A stretch of DNA of 64,000 bases, from positions 145,824,001 through 145,888,000 of the forward strand of contig NC_042998.1 in the NCBI RefSeq assembly GCF_006345805.1, given 5' to 3'. Shown piece by piece: positions 12,180-25,301 of this stretch (within the stretch, counting starts at the first letter, position 1; every line of letters begins with the position of its first letter). The stretch comes from Octopus sinensis. Its lineage: Eukaryota. The notes beneath the pieces were generated by a model. That model searched no databases and was not told the origin of the DNA. It worked only from the letters and a program-made list of their open reading frames with translations. A program made the translations under genes and the position numbers.

Positions 12180-12222
12180 GAAGATGATGATAATAATAAT
12201 AATGATAATGATAATAATAATA

Positions 12223-12292
<70 letters not shown>

Positions 12293-12293
<1 letters not shown>

Positions 12294-12813
12294 TGCCCTG
12301 ATGCAGTACCAGGCAGTGGCTCTCATGGCTTTTGATCTTAACTGATTGGAAGTGTTATCATGTACATTGTTTTGTCTTGGTATAAAAGATGGGCTACAGC
12401 AAATATTCTGCTCAATACCACAGATTTGCTTGAGCATGTCCCTTAGTGGCTGACGATATGTGGATCTCTGATCACGAGCAGAAGTAGTGGGGAGCATCAT
12501 AGCCATGTGTTGAGAGGGATTCTTTGGGGTTTGAATAATTCACCTCTGGAAACATGGGTGGTTCTTTCAACATCCTTAAACAACCCTTATTCAGGGACCT
12601 TTTGAGCGGGATGGGCTACTCAACCTGAAGAAAATCCCAACTGGGCCCCACCTGCAAGGTGATGCGCTGTTTATCTTGATATGAGATCACCATGTCGCGC
12701 ACATATGGTTGTGATGCATGTGCCAGGTGTACCCTTATCAGACGGGTAGTCAAGATGGGCTTCGTATATTTTACCCCAGTGTCACTTTGATGGCATGAAC
12801 TGCTCTCTCACTC
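12293..12813 (+). mobile_element. ~550-bp (TAA)n-inserted element, copy 2
   Basis: Same sequence and ends as copy 1, with small internal deletions. Confidence 0.85.
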
Positions 12814-13989
<1,176 letters not shown>

Positions 13990-14190
13990 TCTTCCTACTA
14001 AAGGCACAAAACTTGAAATTTGGGGGAAGGGGGTATGTCGATGACATCGACCCCAGTACTTAACTCGTACTTAATTTATCGACCCCGGAAGGATGAAAGG
14101 TAAGAAATTGAATTTAGAACGAGAGGACGGACAAAATTCCGCTAAGCATTTTGTCCGGCGTGTTAACGATTCTACCAGCTCGCCGCCTTA
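13990..14190 (-). mobile_element. SINE family A
   Basis: Core CGACCCCAGTACTTAACTCGTACTTAATTTATCGACCCC; head ends CCAGCTCGCCGCCTTA. Confidence 0.8.
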
Positions 14191-14676
14191 ACTAGCTCAA
14201 AAAATAATTTCTAAAATGCAAACGTTAAACGCATTCCGATGTTTGATCTTTTGGTGTAAACTATGAGTATAATAAATTCAACATAACTTTATATTAGAGA
14301 ATCATATATAATCTTTCAAGAGTGTCGATGAAATAAATAATATTAACCACCATGGTTTAAGAGATGAAACTTAACGATACCTAAAGCTATTTTCTTAATG
14401 ACTGGAATCACTTACAGTTAAAGGATGCCGCAACATAATTATATAATGACGATTTTACGCGCAAGTAAATAGATCTTTTCCATGTTGTTATATTCTTGAT
14501 GAGGACTCTTATTTACATCGGAGGAAGGTCACCGTGACACAGCAATAAATTTCCACCACCACCCGGATAGCAAATTGCTTCTTCTTTATGAAGTTGCATT
14601 ATAGACGACATCGCTTTACAATGGCGACTGTTTTCTTTACAAGTAAATACGTTTTATCAGGCAAAAATTCGAGGAG

Positions 14677-14763
<87 letters not shown>

Positions 14764-14821
14764 GTATGTATATATATTTATACATGTATATATGTATATA
14801 TATATACATACATACATATCT

Positions 14822-15105
14822 ATCTATATATATAAAACTGAGAATGTGTGTCTGTCTGTCTGCGTGAATCCCTAAAACTTGAGAACTACACAACCAATTT
14901 CATTCAAATTTTACACATGCCTTACTTAGGGTCCAAGGAGTGTCATGGGCAAAAAAACATTTTTAACTTATTGCCCAGGGCTAGCCCACAGCAATATCAT
15001 ATCTTCTCCACTATGAATCCCTAAAACTTGAGAACTACACAACCAATTTCATTGAAATTTTACACATGCCATACTTAAGGTCTATGCAGTGTCATGGGCA
15101 AAACA
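14822..15105 (+). mobile_element. Non-autonomous Helitron-like 5' portion with ~90-bp internal duplication
   Basis: Starts A|TCTATATATATAAAA then (GTCT)n; TGAATCCCTAAAACTTGAGAACTACACAACCAATTTCATT..GTGTCATGGGCAAAA occurs at ~14865 and ~15014. Confidence 0.5.
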
Positions 15106-15107
15106 AT

Positions 15108-15275
15108 TTCGCCCGTCGCTACGTTCTGAGTTCAAATTCCGCCTTGATCGACTTTGCCTTTCATCCTTTCGGGGTCGATAAAATAAGTACCAGTTGAACA
15201 CTGAGGTCGATGTAATCAACTCATCCCCCACTTCCCCCTTTAGCAGCCTAGTGGCAAAAATTTGAAGTAATTAGT
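15108..15275 (+). mobile_element. SINE family A (plus orientation)
   Basis: ACGTTCTGAGTTCAAATTCCGCC..GCCTTTCATCCTTTCGGGGTCGATAAAATAAGTACCAG. Confidence 0.8.
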
Positions 15276-15387
15276 GCTGTAAATGTTTTTTAGGATAATC
15301 ATGATGGTAATGGTGGAGGTGGTTTTCATCATGGTGGTCTTGGTGGTGGTGCTGGTGCTGGTGATGATAATGACGACGACGACGACG

Positions 15388-15419
<32 letters not shown>

Positions 15420-15536
15420 GATGTGATGGTTGTATTGGTGGTGGTGGTGGTGGTATTGATGATAATGATGATTGAGAGAGAGTACGTGACGGTGGAAGAG
15501 GGACTGTTACTTCTGTTATTCTCTACCCTTAGTGGG

Positions 15537-15595
<59 letters not shown>

Positions 15596-15968
15596 GTTAT
15601 CAAATCCCTCAATATTTTTTTCTAGAAACTGAATAATTTATATATTCAAAGTCAGATGCATGTATTTTTATCTATTTATTTATCTTATAACCTTTATTTA
15701 TCTATCTAACTTCTGCATGCGTATACACGCAAACATTCAGTCTATACATGCCTACACACACTGACACACACTAGCACACACGCATCGACACATACATACA
15801 TAGGTACACCCACTCATATTTACATATGCATGTGCTTACATATAGTTGTATATACGTACACACAAACTCACAAACACACACAGTCATATGCACACAAACA
15901 TGTATATACATGTATATGCATGTGTGTATATACCTATATATATATATTTATGTGTGTGTTTATAGTGT

Positions 15969-16006
<38 letters not shown>

Positions 16007-16151
16007 TGTTTACATATATATATATATATATATATGATTAAGGTAAGAGAGATGCATATAGACATACATGCATATATATATATGTATGTATGCATTTATA
16101 TGTATATATATATATATAATATATATATATATTAATATATATATATATAAT

Positions 16152-16251
<100 letters not shown>

Positions 16252-16259
16252 ATGGTATG

Positions 16260-16304
<45 letters not shown>

Positions 16305-16617
16305 AGTGAGAAAGAGAAAGAGATACATCTATGCATATACACACACTCGCGCAGATGTACAACTGTATCAAAGTACGTATATATATTGTGTATATGCGTG
16401 TGTGTGCGTCTGTGCTTGCCTCTATGTGTGTGTGTGTGTGTGGTGTGTGTGTGTGTGTGTAATGTTGCCTTACCACTATAAATTCATACCTAGCCATATA
16501 CCTACAATCTAATTATATACACTCACTGTTATTTACCGATGTTGTTCACTTACTATGATGGATGTATTTGTCCATTCCACACATCATTCACTCCAATGTA
16601 AGCATGGCGCCTCTTAC

Positions 16618-17176
16618 CTGTGCTGGAAGTCTGATTCAACCTCTCTGTGTTCGTCTATGTGTGTGAGTTTGTTTGTCTGTATATGCATATGCGTATTTGC
16701 CTGTGTTTGTCTGTATGTTTGCCTCTGTGTGTGTATATATGTGTGTATGTGTACGTGCGTGTGTGTCTGTGTCTGTGTCTGTGTACATCCGTGTGTGTGT
16801 GTGTGTGCATCTGTGTGTGCATCTGTGTGTTCATATGTGTGTGTGTGGATATGTGTTTGCCTATGCGTATCAGCATCTGTTTGCTTGTGTGGGGGGTATG
16901 TGCGTTTGCTTTTGTGCGTGTGTGCACTTGTATTTGCCTGAATGTGTGCATGTGTGTTTGCGTCTGTGTTGTGGAAGTGAATGTCTGTACGAATGTGTGT
17001 GCGTATGTGGGTGTGTGTGTGTGTGTGTGTGTTGTGTGTGTGTGCGTGTGTGTTTAAGAACTGCTTTTCCCCTCTACTGGCCAAGTGACATCCCAGTCTG
17101 ATCTCACTCTTTTCTCTCCTACTAATGTAACATCAATAAAGGTTGATTTTTAGCGTCTGTTTATTGTAAATAAGAT
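16618..17176 (-). other. Candidate non-coding (5'UTR/lncRNA) exon
   Basis: Acceptor-like CTTTATTTGTTTAG|AT at 17177 and donor CAG|GTAAG at 16617; all three frames after the acceptor stop quickly. Confidence 0.25.
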
Positions 17177-17547
17177 CTAAACAAATAAAGTAGGTATAAA
17201 AATAAAAGCAAGCAGCAGTGCAGTATTTTAAAAGCATGAAGCAGGAATTTAGAGATGTGCTCTTATCCCCTTGTCAAAAGAGAGGAGTCAGTCAGATCTG
17301 AAAAGAAACTTCCATCCATTACTTCAATAATTTATAAATTGAGACTTGGAAAAGAATATCACTTTAATCTAAAACCGATGTTTACACTGTGTATTATTCA
17401 GTAAGTGTTATTTCCGATTTGCTTCTATCTAGAAATCAAAGGAAGTGACTTTGCTTTTGTGACCTGGACATCAAAGCTTTGAAACTGACCTATTTTCCAT
17501 TACATTTCAGGCAGATTCAGTGCTGTGTTACTGAACCAGAAATATCG

Positions 17548-17715
17548 TTGTAGCAAATATTTTGCTCAATACCTCAGATTTGCTTGTCAATGCTCGACCT
17601 TAACCACTTGACCATGTTCCTTAGTGGTTGACAATATGTGCATCCCTAACGATGAGCAGCAGTATTGGGAGAGTATCATAGCCATGTGTTGAGAGAGATA
17701 CTTTGGGATTTCAAT
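17548..17715 (+). mobile_element. Internal fragment of the ~550-bp element
   Basis: AGCAAATATT..GCTCAATAC..CAGATTTGCTTGTCA..CATAGCCATGTGTTGAGAG aligns to ~11553-11710. Confidence 0.75.
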
Positions 17716-17866
17716 AAAGTTAACAAAATAAAGTTCGATGGAAATATTAGTAATTTTTCATACTTTCTAGGGGTAGGCAAATGGGAAATAGCAGTTACTA
17801 CCCAAGGACAAAAATCGTGTTATACATTGTCTAGCTTTATACTGCTTGGAGTTAGTTGATTTAAAG

Positions 17867-18177
17867 CAGTGGTTTTCAACCACTTTTGATTACTATTTTA
17901 TTCTGGTGCCGCCCCCCGCCCCCCATAGCCATTCGATATTTAAGAGCTGGTTTTATAGATACTTCTTTCAAGACTCCTATTTTGTTTTTCAAACATTCAC
18001 TTGCGTAGTTTGAACTATGTAAAATGTTACAGAAAGAAACTGGGCTGTTTCTTGCAATAAATATGTTTAAAGCAAATTTGTTTCATGGGCCCTCAAAATA
18101 TTACCTTTGATGTTCAGTTTATTATTTTGCTTAAATGAACCCTCAGTGGTCATATCGACCCCGGTTGAGAATCACTA
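17867..18177. mobile_element. hAT (Charlie/Buster-type) MITE
   Basis: TIRs CAGTGGTTTTCAACC / GGTTGAGAATCACTA; 8-bp TSD ATTTAAAG / ATTTAAAA (7 of 8). Confidence 0.8.
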
Positions 18178-18229
18178 ATTTAAAAAGTACTTGCAGAGAT
18201 ACCCGGTCTTGCTCGGGATTAAAATGGCA

Positions 18230-18515
18230 TAGATTTTTATTGCTTTACTTGTTTCAGACTGCTGGTTGTTCGAAGAAATCAACCACAGGATTTATTCTTT
18301 GTAAGCCTAGTACTCATTGTGTCAGTGTCTTTTACCAAACCGCTAAGTTACAGACATGTAAACACAACAACTTCAGTTGTCAAGCAATGGTGGGGGTACA
18401 AACACAAGACACAGGCGCACACATACACAAATATACACATATATACGACAGTCTTCTTTCAGTTTTCGAGTACGAAATCTATTCACAAGCTTTTGGTCGG
18501 CCTGAGGCTATAATA
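18230..18515 (-). mobile_element. SINE family B (5'-interrupted)
   Basis: Reverse complement of family B body and tail (TTTACTTGTTTCAG..., TTCACAAG..TTGGTCGGCCTGAGGCTATA). Confidence 0.75.
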
Positions 18516-18517
18516 AG

Positions 18518-18549
<32 letters not shown>

Positions 18550-19503
18550 TCTAAGTCCACAAAAAACTATATCTGGTTTGTTATACCTTTCGGAAAACAA
18601 ATCAAATCGAACCTTCCTTTACAGTTCCGTGAAGCAGTGGCTATGAACTTTCCCAGGAATTCTATGTATTATTCTATTATCAATTCACATAAGGTAAGAA
18701 TTGCATTCTCTAACACTAGAAATCTATCGCAAATTATTGCTTCCCATAATAACAAGCTGCTAAACAAAGATTCTTCACCCGGGAGTTCTAACACTATTCT
18801 TAACAATTCCAACCAAACATACAATAATAATAATAGAAATAATATTGATAGTACCAACATTCGTAGCAACATTAATGTTAGCAATGATAATATTAATAAT
18901 AGAATTAGTCGGGTTAATAACAGTGGTAGTATTGATGACAACAACAACAACAACATTTCTATTATCAGTGATAATGCCGGTTATAGTACAATTAATAATA
19001 ATAACAATAAAAGAAATAGTCTAGTAGTTAATGCTAGCAATAATATAAACAGTAATCATAACAATAAAAACTCCATCTTGATCTCGGAGGATAACCCTAA
19101 CAGATTAGACTTCTTGTCCAATAATTCCAAAATTAAAAATTCCATTTACCAGTATAAAATTTCTTACGGTACCGATGTCTTCTTTTATATTGGTGCGACA
19201 ACTTCTCCATTGTCCCAGAGAATTTCCAACCATTATTCAACTTTCCGAGATAAGAGAAAACAACATAGTACAGGACTAAGTAAATCAGTTTGGCGTCTTA
19301 AGGACAACAATATAACTTTCAAGCTGGATTGGTCCATATTATCTGTATCCTTTCCTTTTGATGAGGGCAGGAAATATTGTTGCATCTGTAATTCTGAACT
19401 CTTCTATATACTTTTCGCCAAATTCCCCTTGGTAAACACAATAATAGAAAAATCCTATAGATGTAAACATTGGCAAAAACATACCTTCCACTCATATAAA
19501 TAA
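18550..19503 (+). CDS. Penelope-like element ORF, C-terminal part: RT-linker + Asn-rich insert + GIY-YIG endonuclease (5'-truncated)
   Basis: Open frame from 18550: IWFVIPF..NFP..KVRIAFSNTRNLSQIIASHN; SIYQY...FYIGAT...QRISNHYSTF..STGLSKSVW..WSIL..CCICNSE..RCKH. Confidence 0.85.
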   Translation, partial: SKSTKNYIWFVIPFGKQIKSNLPLQFREAVAMNFPRNSMYYSIINSHKVRIAFSNTRNLSQIIASHNNKLLNKDSSPGSSNTILNNSNQTYNNNNRNNIDSTNIRSNINVSNDNINNRISRVNNSGSIDDNNNNNISIISDNAGYSTINNNNNKRNSLVVNASNNINSNHNNKNSILISEDNPNRLDFLSNNSKIKNSIYQYKISYGTDVFFYIGATTSPLSQRISNHYSTFRDKRKQHSTGLSKSVWRLKDNNITFKLDWSILSVSFPFDEGRKYCCICNSELFYILFAKFPLVNTIIEKSYRCKHWQKHTFHSYK

Positions 19504-19640
19504 TAAATAATATAGATAACCTCTTTGGTTTTAGTAATTACTTTCACGTCTACACCACTACCGTAGACAAATGCTTCCTCTCTATTCTGTTGCATCAAAC
19601 ATTAAATATAGTTGGCGTATGTTTATCTCTTTCTCTTTAC

Positions 19641-19684
<44 letters not shown>

Positions 19685-20024
19685 TGCGCACAATCAAACA
19701 CACAGACACAAATTTCTCACATTAATACTATATATATTTGACAATTGTCCCCCCCCCACATATACATTTGCAAACACACACACACACAGATGCAGTTATA
19801 TACACACACAAACACTCAAACTCATTAACAAAACATACACCCGTCAATCCCCATACATACAGCATACAAACTGTTCCCTTCCTATTTTTTTATAACTTCC
19901 TCCTTCCATCCAATTTTGAGGTCATTGCTTATAACGGATTATTTTAAATAAATACTCATTATCACTGTGGAAACCATGTAGGCAGACGGTAAGAAGCTTT
20001 TGTTCGTCTTGAGGCTGATAGAGG

Positions 20025-20123
20025 TTCCTTGTATTTCCTGATGAGAAGACGGCATAATGCAACCTTCATTCCTTCGGAATTAAGAATATGCAGTCTTCGA
20101 AACATATGTCGAAAGTAAAGGAA
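20025..20123 (+). ncRNA. Type I hammerhead ribozyme, intact core
   Basis: TTCCTTgtaTTTC-CTGATGA-GAAGAC..(42 nt)..GTCTTC-GAAA-CATAT-GTC-GAAAgtaAAGGAA; palindromic stem III ACATATGT; cleavage predicted after 20110. Confidence 0.9.
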
Positions 20124-20306
20124 TTTGGATAAAATCTTCGTTCGACTCCATTCTTTTCATTTATTCATATAAAAAAACACACAAATTTCCACACATGAAC
20201 ACGGGGTTCAGCCCTGGGCATGTAACTTCAACCGTGTTTTACTGAAGTGAATTTGCTACCCAGGTATCGATTAACAGAATTATCCATACTAGGATAATTC
20301 ATTCAT

Positions 20307-20340
<34 letters not shown>

Positions 20341-21527
20341 GTTTGGAGATGATGTACAGGTATTATATATTAGAAGAAATAAAGTACTCAGAAATCTTGA
20401 TGGTTTTATATTTACAGATTTTTATTAATATGTTACATGTTTTTTTTAAATCATATATTAGTGCTTGCATCCACTCTAGTGGATTCTTCAGATTGAATTT
20501 TTTGAGGAGATTCGTCTCTTTTTATAGTATCGAAATCAATTTATACTTAAAAATCTCCCCAGACACATAAGCAATGTGCGTGTGAAGTTTAAGAAAAATC
20601 GGTCGAGCCGTTTTGGCACAAAATGAGGTCATACCGACACACACACACACGCACACAGATGTTTTTAGTTTTAATATGTAAGATAAACTCTGTATAGATA
20701 CTTGCAGAAACTTGCTTGTACAAGTTTTGCCGATCGAAATCTCTGCATACCGGATGCCAGTTGATTTCAGGGGTTATCAGGAGAGAATGCGAACCTTTTG
20801 GAGCCTTTCACTCACTTCATCTAATTCAATATCTTCACTGACTTGGTCCTTTCTAGAACCGAAGGGTTTGTGATAGGTACATTGAATATTTGCATCTCTA
20901 TGATTCGAATAAATGGGTTAAGAAATATGTACAAGCATATCTCCAATGTCCAAAACAGTACTGACTAAAACTCATTAAAAAAGACAATAAATTAACCTCT
21001 ACATGGTTGATTTACCAGCTAAAAATACCAACAACATCCAGTGCCATCATCCCGTGATGTTTGTTCCGACTCACTACGCTCTGATTATGTGTCTATGTGT
21101 GTATATGTGCGTGTGTGCTGATGTATGTTTTCGCTTGTTTCTTTAAACCTAATTGCTCTAAAATATTGTATATGATTTACTCGAATCCTATGCAAAATGT
21201 CTGGTGCTTATCAAGAAACCAGAGAACAGAACTAAGTCGATGCCATCAGCCTGAGAACTTGACTGGTACTTTATTTCATTGACCCTGTAGGGATCAACGG
21301 CAAGGTCGATCTGAGTGTGATTTGAACTCAGGATGTACAACAATACTTAGCACTGTGACAGCTCGCAGCCTTAATAATTATAATTGTTTCTATTTTTTGT
21401 TCACAAGGCCAGCAATTTTGAGAAAAGTGGGCAAGTCGATTCCATCGACCCCACTACTTGGTTGGTGCATTATTCGCCGGAAGAAGGAAAGGAAAAGTCC
21501 ACTTCGGCGGGATCTGAGCTTGCTGCC

Positions 21528-21582
<55 letters not shown>

Positions 21583-21723
21583 GTAAAGTACTGTCTGAGG
21601 TCCGAGTTGTGACTTGACAAACAGTACAACATCCTGGTAGACACATTATCATCAATCAACAACCTCACGATATTGTATACTGTGCGACGTCTATAATGAT
21701 GATGATGATGATGATGATGATAC

Positions 21724-22297
21724 ACGCCCTGATGCAATACTAGTCACTGCCTCTTGTGGCTTCTGATCTTAATTGATTGAAAGTGTTATCATATACACGT
21801 TTTGTCTTGGTATAAAAGATGGGTTACATCGTATATTCTGCTAAATAGCACAGATTTGCTTATCAATCGCTTGATCTTAACCAGTTGAGCATATCCCTTA
21901 GTAGCTGACGATATGTGCATCTCTGATCACGAGCAGAAGTAGTGGGGGAGCATCATAGCCATGTGTTGAGAGGAATTCTTGGGGATTTGAATAATTCACC
22001 TTTGGAGACATGGGTGTTTCGTTTGACATCCTTAAACAACCCTTATTCAGGGACTTTTTGAGCGCGATGGGCTACTCAGCTTGAAGAAAATTCTAACAGC
22101 CCCCACCACCACCACCTCCGCCACCACTGGAAGGTCATGTGCTGTTTATCTTGATACGAATTCACCATGCCGCGCACATGCGGTTGTGATGCACGTGCCT
22201 GATGTACTCTTATCAGACGGGTAGTCATGATGGATGTATTGGGCTTCATATATTTGTACCCAGTGTCATTTTGATGGCATGCATTGCTCTCGCACTC
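21724..22297 (+). mobile_element. ~550-bp element, copy 3 (more diverged)
   Basis: Same ends as copies 1 and 2; preceded by (GAT)n, followed by (AAT)n. Confidence 0.85.
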
Positions 22298-22354
<57 letters not shown>

Positions 22355-23156
22355 TACAACAGCAACAACAATGATGATAATGACGACGGTGGTGGTGGTG
22401 GTGGTGGTGGTGGTGGTGATGGTGGTGGTGGTGGTGGTGGTGGTGGTGGTGGTGGTGGTGGCGATGATGATCATGATGATGACGACGACGACGACGACGA
22501 CGATGATGATGATTTCTCACAGATATAAATCACATGTACGCAGGCTTCAAAATATTCTGAATAGCTTTTCCCCATTTTCTGTAAATTTTAGTGTATTTAT
22601 GAAATTTTTAAGTTTATCTTCATGTCTTTTTTTTTTTTTTTTTCATTTATTTCACTTCATTTCTTTATTCATTATTTATTTGTTTTCCATGTCATCTCAA
22701 GCTCGCATTTCTTAACGGTGCCGCCATTTTAAAACATATTCGAAGGAATGAAGCCTTACTTGGAATTTAACAAATATTTAATAAACAACAATAGACATGA
22801 AATAAGTTGTAAAAGCATTTTATATTATCTCAACTGAAACCTTCTATGTGCTGCATCAAGTGACGTGAGATACACATATGTACATTAATACATATATATG
22901 TATTTTTGTGTGTAGGTGTATGCATGTATGCATGTATGTCTGTATTTATGAATGTATATATATACATAATATAAGTGTATGCATGTATTTATGTATATAT
23001 TTATGTATATAAGTGTATGTTTGTATATACATATATACATACATACATATACATGTAAATATATGCGTGTATGCATATATATAAAACCTGTCAATCTAAC
23101 TATTCTAATTGTTTACCTTTCTACCAAACTGTCTATCTATCTATCTATCTATCTAG

Positions 23157-23192
<36 letters not shown>

Positions 23193-23788
23193 ATATCTAT
23201 CTATCTATCTATCTGAAGGCAATGTCCCAGCATGGCCTCAGCCTCTGGCTGAAACCAATTAACCAATAAAACAATATCCATCTACCGCTATCCATCCATC
23301 CACCTACTTGTCCATCTGTCCATCTATCTATTTGCTTCTCATCTTTCTATGTACATATATCTATCTGCCTACTGATTCAGTTATAAATCTACATATCTCT
23401 GTGATATTGTCTTTCTATACGGTTAAATACTGAATCGAAAGATTGTGCGTCAATATTTTTATATTATTTTTAATATTATTTTTATAGTATTTTTAATATT
23501 TTAATATTTTTAACAATTCTCTCGTATTGCTGCAAACCATATATAAATGGAACAACTCTATATCTACAGTATCTATACATGTATGTATGTAAATATATAT
23601 ATGTATATGTGTGTGTATGTGTGTGTATATGTGTGTGTGCACATTTACATATACATATATACACGCACATACACATGTATGTATGTATTCGTGAATCAAA
23701 GATCAAGGAGGCCATATGTACAAATACACGCACTTACATACATACACACGAATGTATAGTCACATATATGTGCGAATACATATAGTTT

Positions 23789-23843
<55 letters not shown>

Positions 23844-23871
23844 TGTGTGTGTGTGTGTAAACATACACACA

Positions 23872-24752
23872 CAGGGTGCAGTGAATAAACTGCCGTCTAA
23901 ATTATGCAAAGATGAAAATAACACTGATATCTCATTTTAACAGATATATTTACCAAAATTACATAACAATATCTTGAAATACTAAAGAATAAATTTATTC
24001 AATAAAATCGCCATTGACTTCGACCACGGCCTCCAGAATCTCCTGCAACTCCTCTAGACTCTCTCCTTTTTTTAGTTGGTGAATGCTGCTTTAATCCTTG
24101 CCTTCAGTTCATCTTTGGTGTTACAAGGAGTTTTGTTGGTCTTCCCCTCATCTGCGTCCGACGCATAATAATCAAGGGGGTTGCTGTCTGGGGAATTAAG
24201 TGGCCAGATGTTAGAGATGATGCAGTCGCAGAAATTATCTGACAGCCATGACTGGGTTCTCCTGCTTGTATGGCATGGTGCAGAATCCTCTTGCCAGACA
24301 TAGAGTCTTCCAGTAGCCACCCTCTTAATCCAGGGCAGCCTCCTCCAGGCATTTGATGTAAGCCTCTGTGTTCAGTGTGAGGCCATGTGGGAAGATGAAT
24401 GTAGGCATAACGTCGCCATCACTAATGATCACTCCAAACACCATGATGTTGACTGGTTGTTTGATTTTTATTACCCTCGGTACATGTCCTCAGTTTGCAT
24501 AGTCCTCAGATTGACACCCTTACACTCTCAAACGTTCGTATTGGAGTTACCAGCGCGAATGTCAAGTAGTACAGCATGTCGTTTCCAAATTTCTGGCAGA
24601 GTGAATTGTGTCATGGTGCTGTTTTCCCACAGACGGTGCCCAACTGACCCTACTATACTATTATACAGTGTAGTCGACAAAGTCAGAAACAAAGAATGCG
24701 ATTGCGTGAAATCAAAAATATAAAATGGCGACAATTTATCCATCGCACGCTG
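23872..24752 (-). mobile_element. Tc1/mariner DD37D (maT-type) transposon, internally deleted
   Basis: WQEDSAPCHTS...WPLNSPDSNPLDY with 37 residues between the 2nd and 3rd Asp; imperfect TIRs CAGGGTGCAGTGAATAAACTGCCG / CAGCGTGCGATGGATAAATTGTCG. Confidence 0.88.
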
Positions 24753-25024
24753 TATATGTATATGTCTATATATATATATATACAAGATAAGAAAATGGAG
24801 AAATACATCCAAATCAAATATCAATTACCAGATAATACTCAATCACATACTTTATTAAACCACCACATAAGAGATTGTAGGGTTAAATATAAAAAGCAGA
24901 ACAAATCAGTGTACAAAAAGGAATGTACATAAAAAAGTGTACATAAAAGATTATGTTGTATAATAAGTAGAATATATATAAAAGAGAATATAAATACAAG
25001 TAAATATAAATATAAGTATAAATT

Positions 25025-25155
25025 AGATCTTACAGCTGTTTCGGCCATGTCGATAATTATGTCTCATTTTACCAATATTAGCCCCTTATGGTTGGTCAAT
25101 ATATAGATATAAATGAGACATTAACAAAAATATCACAAGGCCTCTTCGGAGATTA
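25025..25155 (-). ncRNA. Type I hammerhead with long stem II extension (CCGAAGA core variant)
   Basis: Minus: ATCT-CCGAAGA-GGCC..(~92 nt incl. ATGTCTCATTT/AAATGAGACAT helix)..GGCC-GAAA-CAGCT-GTA-AGAT; palindromic stem III ACAGCTGT. Confidence 0.75.
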
Positions 25156-25301
25156 TGTAATATAACTCAGTCTACATATATACCCACATGAGTTTCAGCA
25201 AAACAATTAAGATTCAAATGAATTCAAATGAATTCCAATGAATATGGTACTTAACTTAGATGCACCATAAAATTATTAACCATAAAATTATGTGGGGTGA
25301 T

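Larger units (their letters stand above)
18550..20310 (+). mobile_element. Penelope-like retroelement 3' end (EN ORF, 3'UTR, hammerhead) in (TA)n
   Basis: GIY-YIG ORF followed ~530 bp later by an intact hammerhead; (TA)n at both boundaries. Confidence 0.85.
18190..20683 (-). mobile_element. Possible Helitron-like element with nested SINE and Penelope-like insert
   Basis: Minus-strand 5' A|TCTTACATATTAAAAC+(GT)n at 20683; 3' hairpin CCCG-AGCAAGAC-CGGG followed by CAAG|T at 18190; linkage of the two ends is inferred. Confidence 0.35.

Noticed and set aside
22202-22528. Poly-N/G/D (or poly-H on the minus strand) ORF
   Set aside because: Compound (AAT)(GGT)(GAC)(GAT) microsatellite following the 550-bp element
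22718-22733. YY1-like motif GCCGCCATTTT
   Set aside because: Isolated motif with no other promoter evidence; the minus-strand ATG closes after 11 codons
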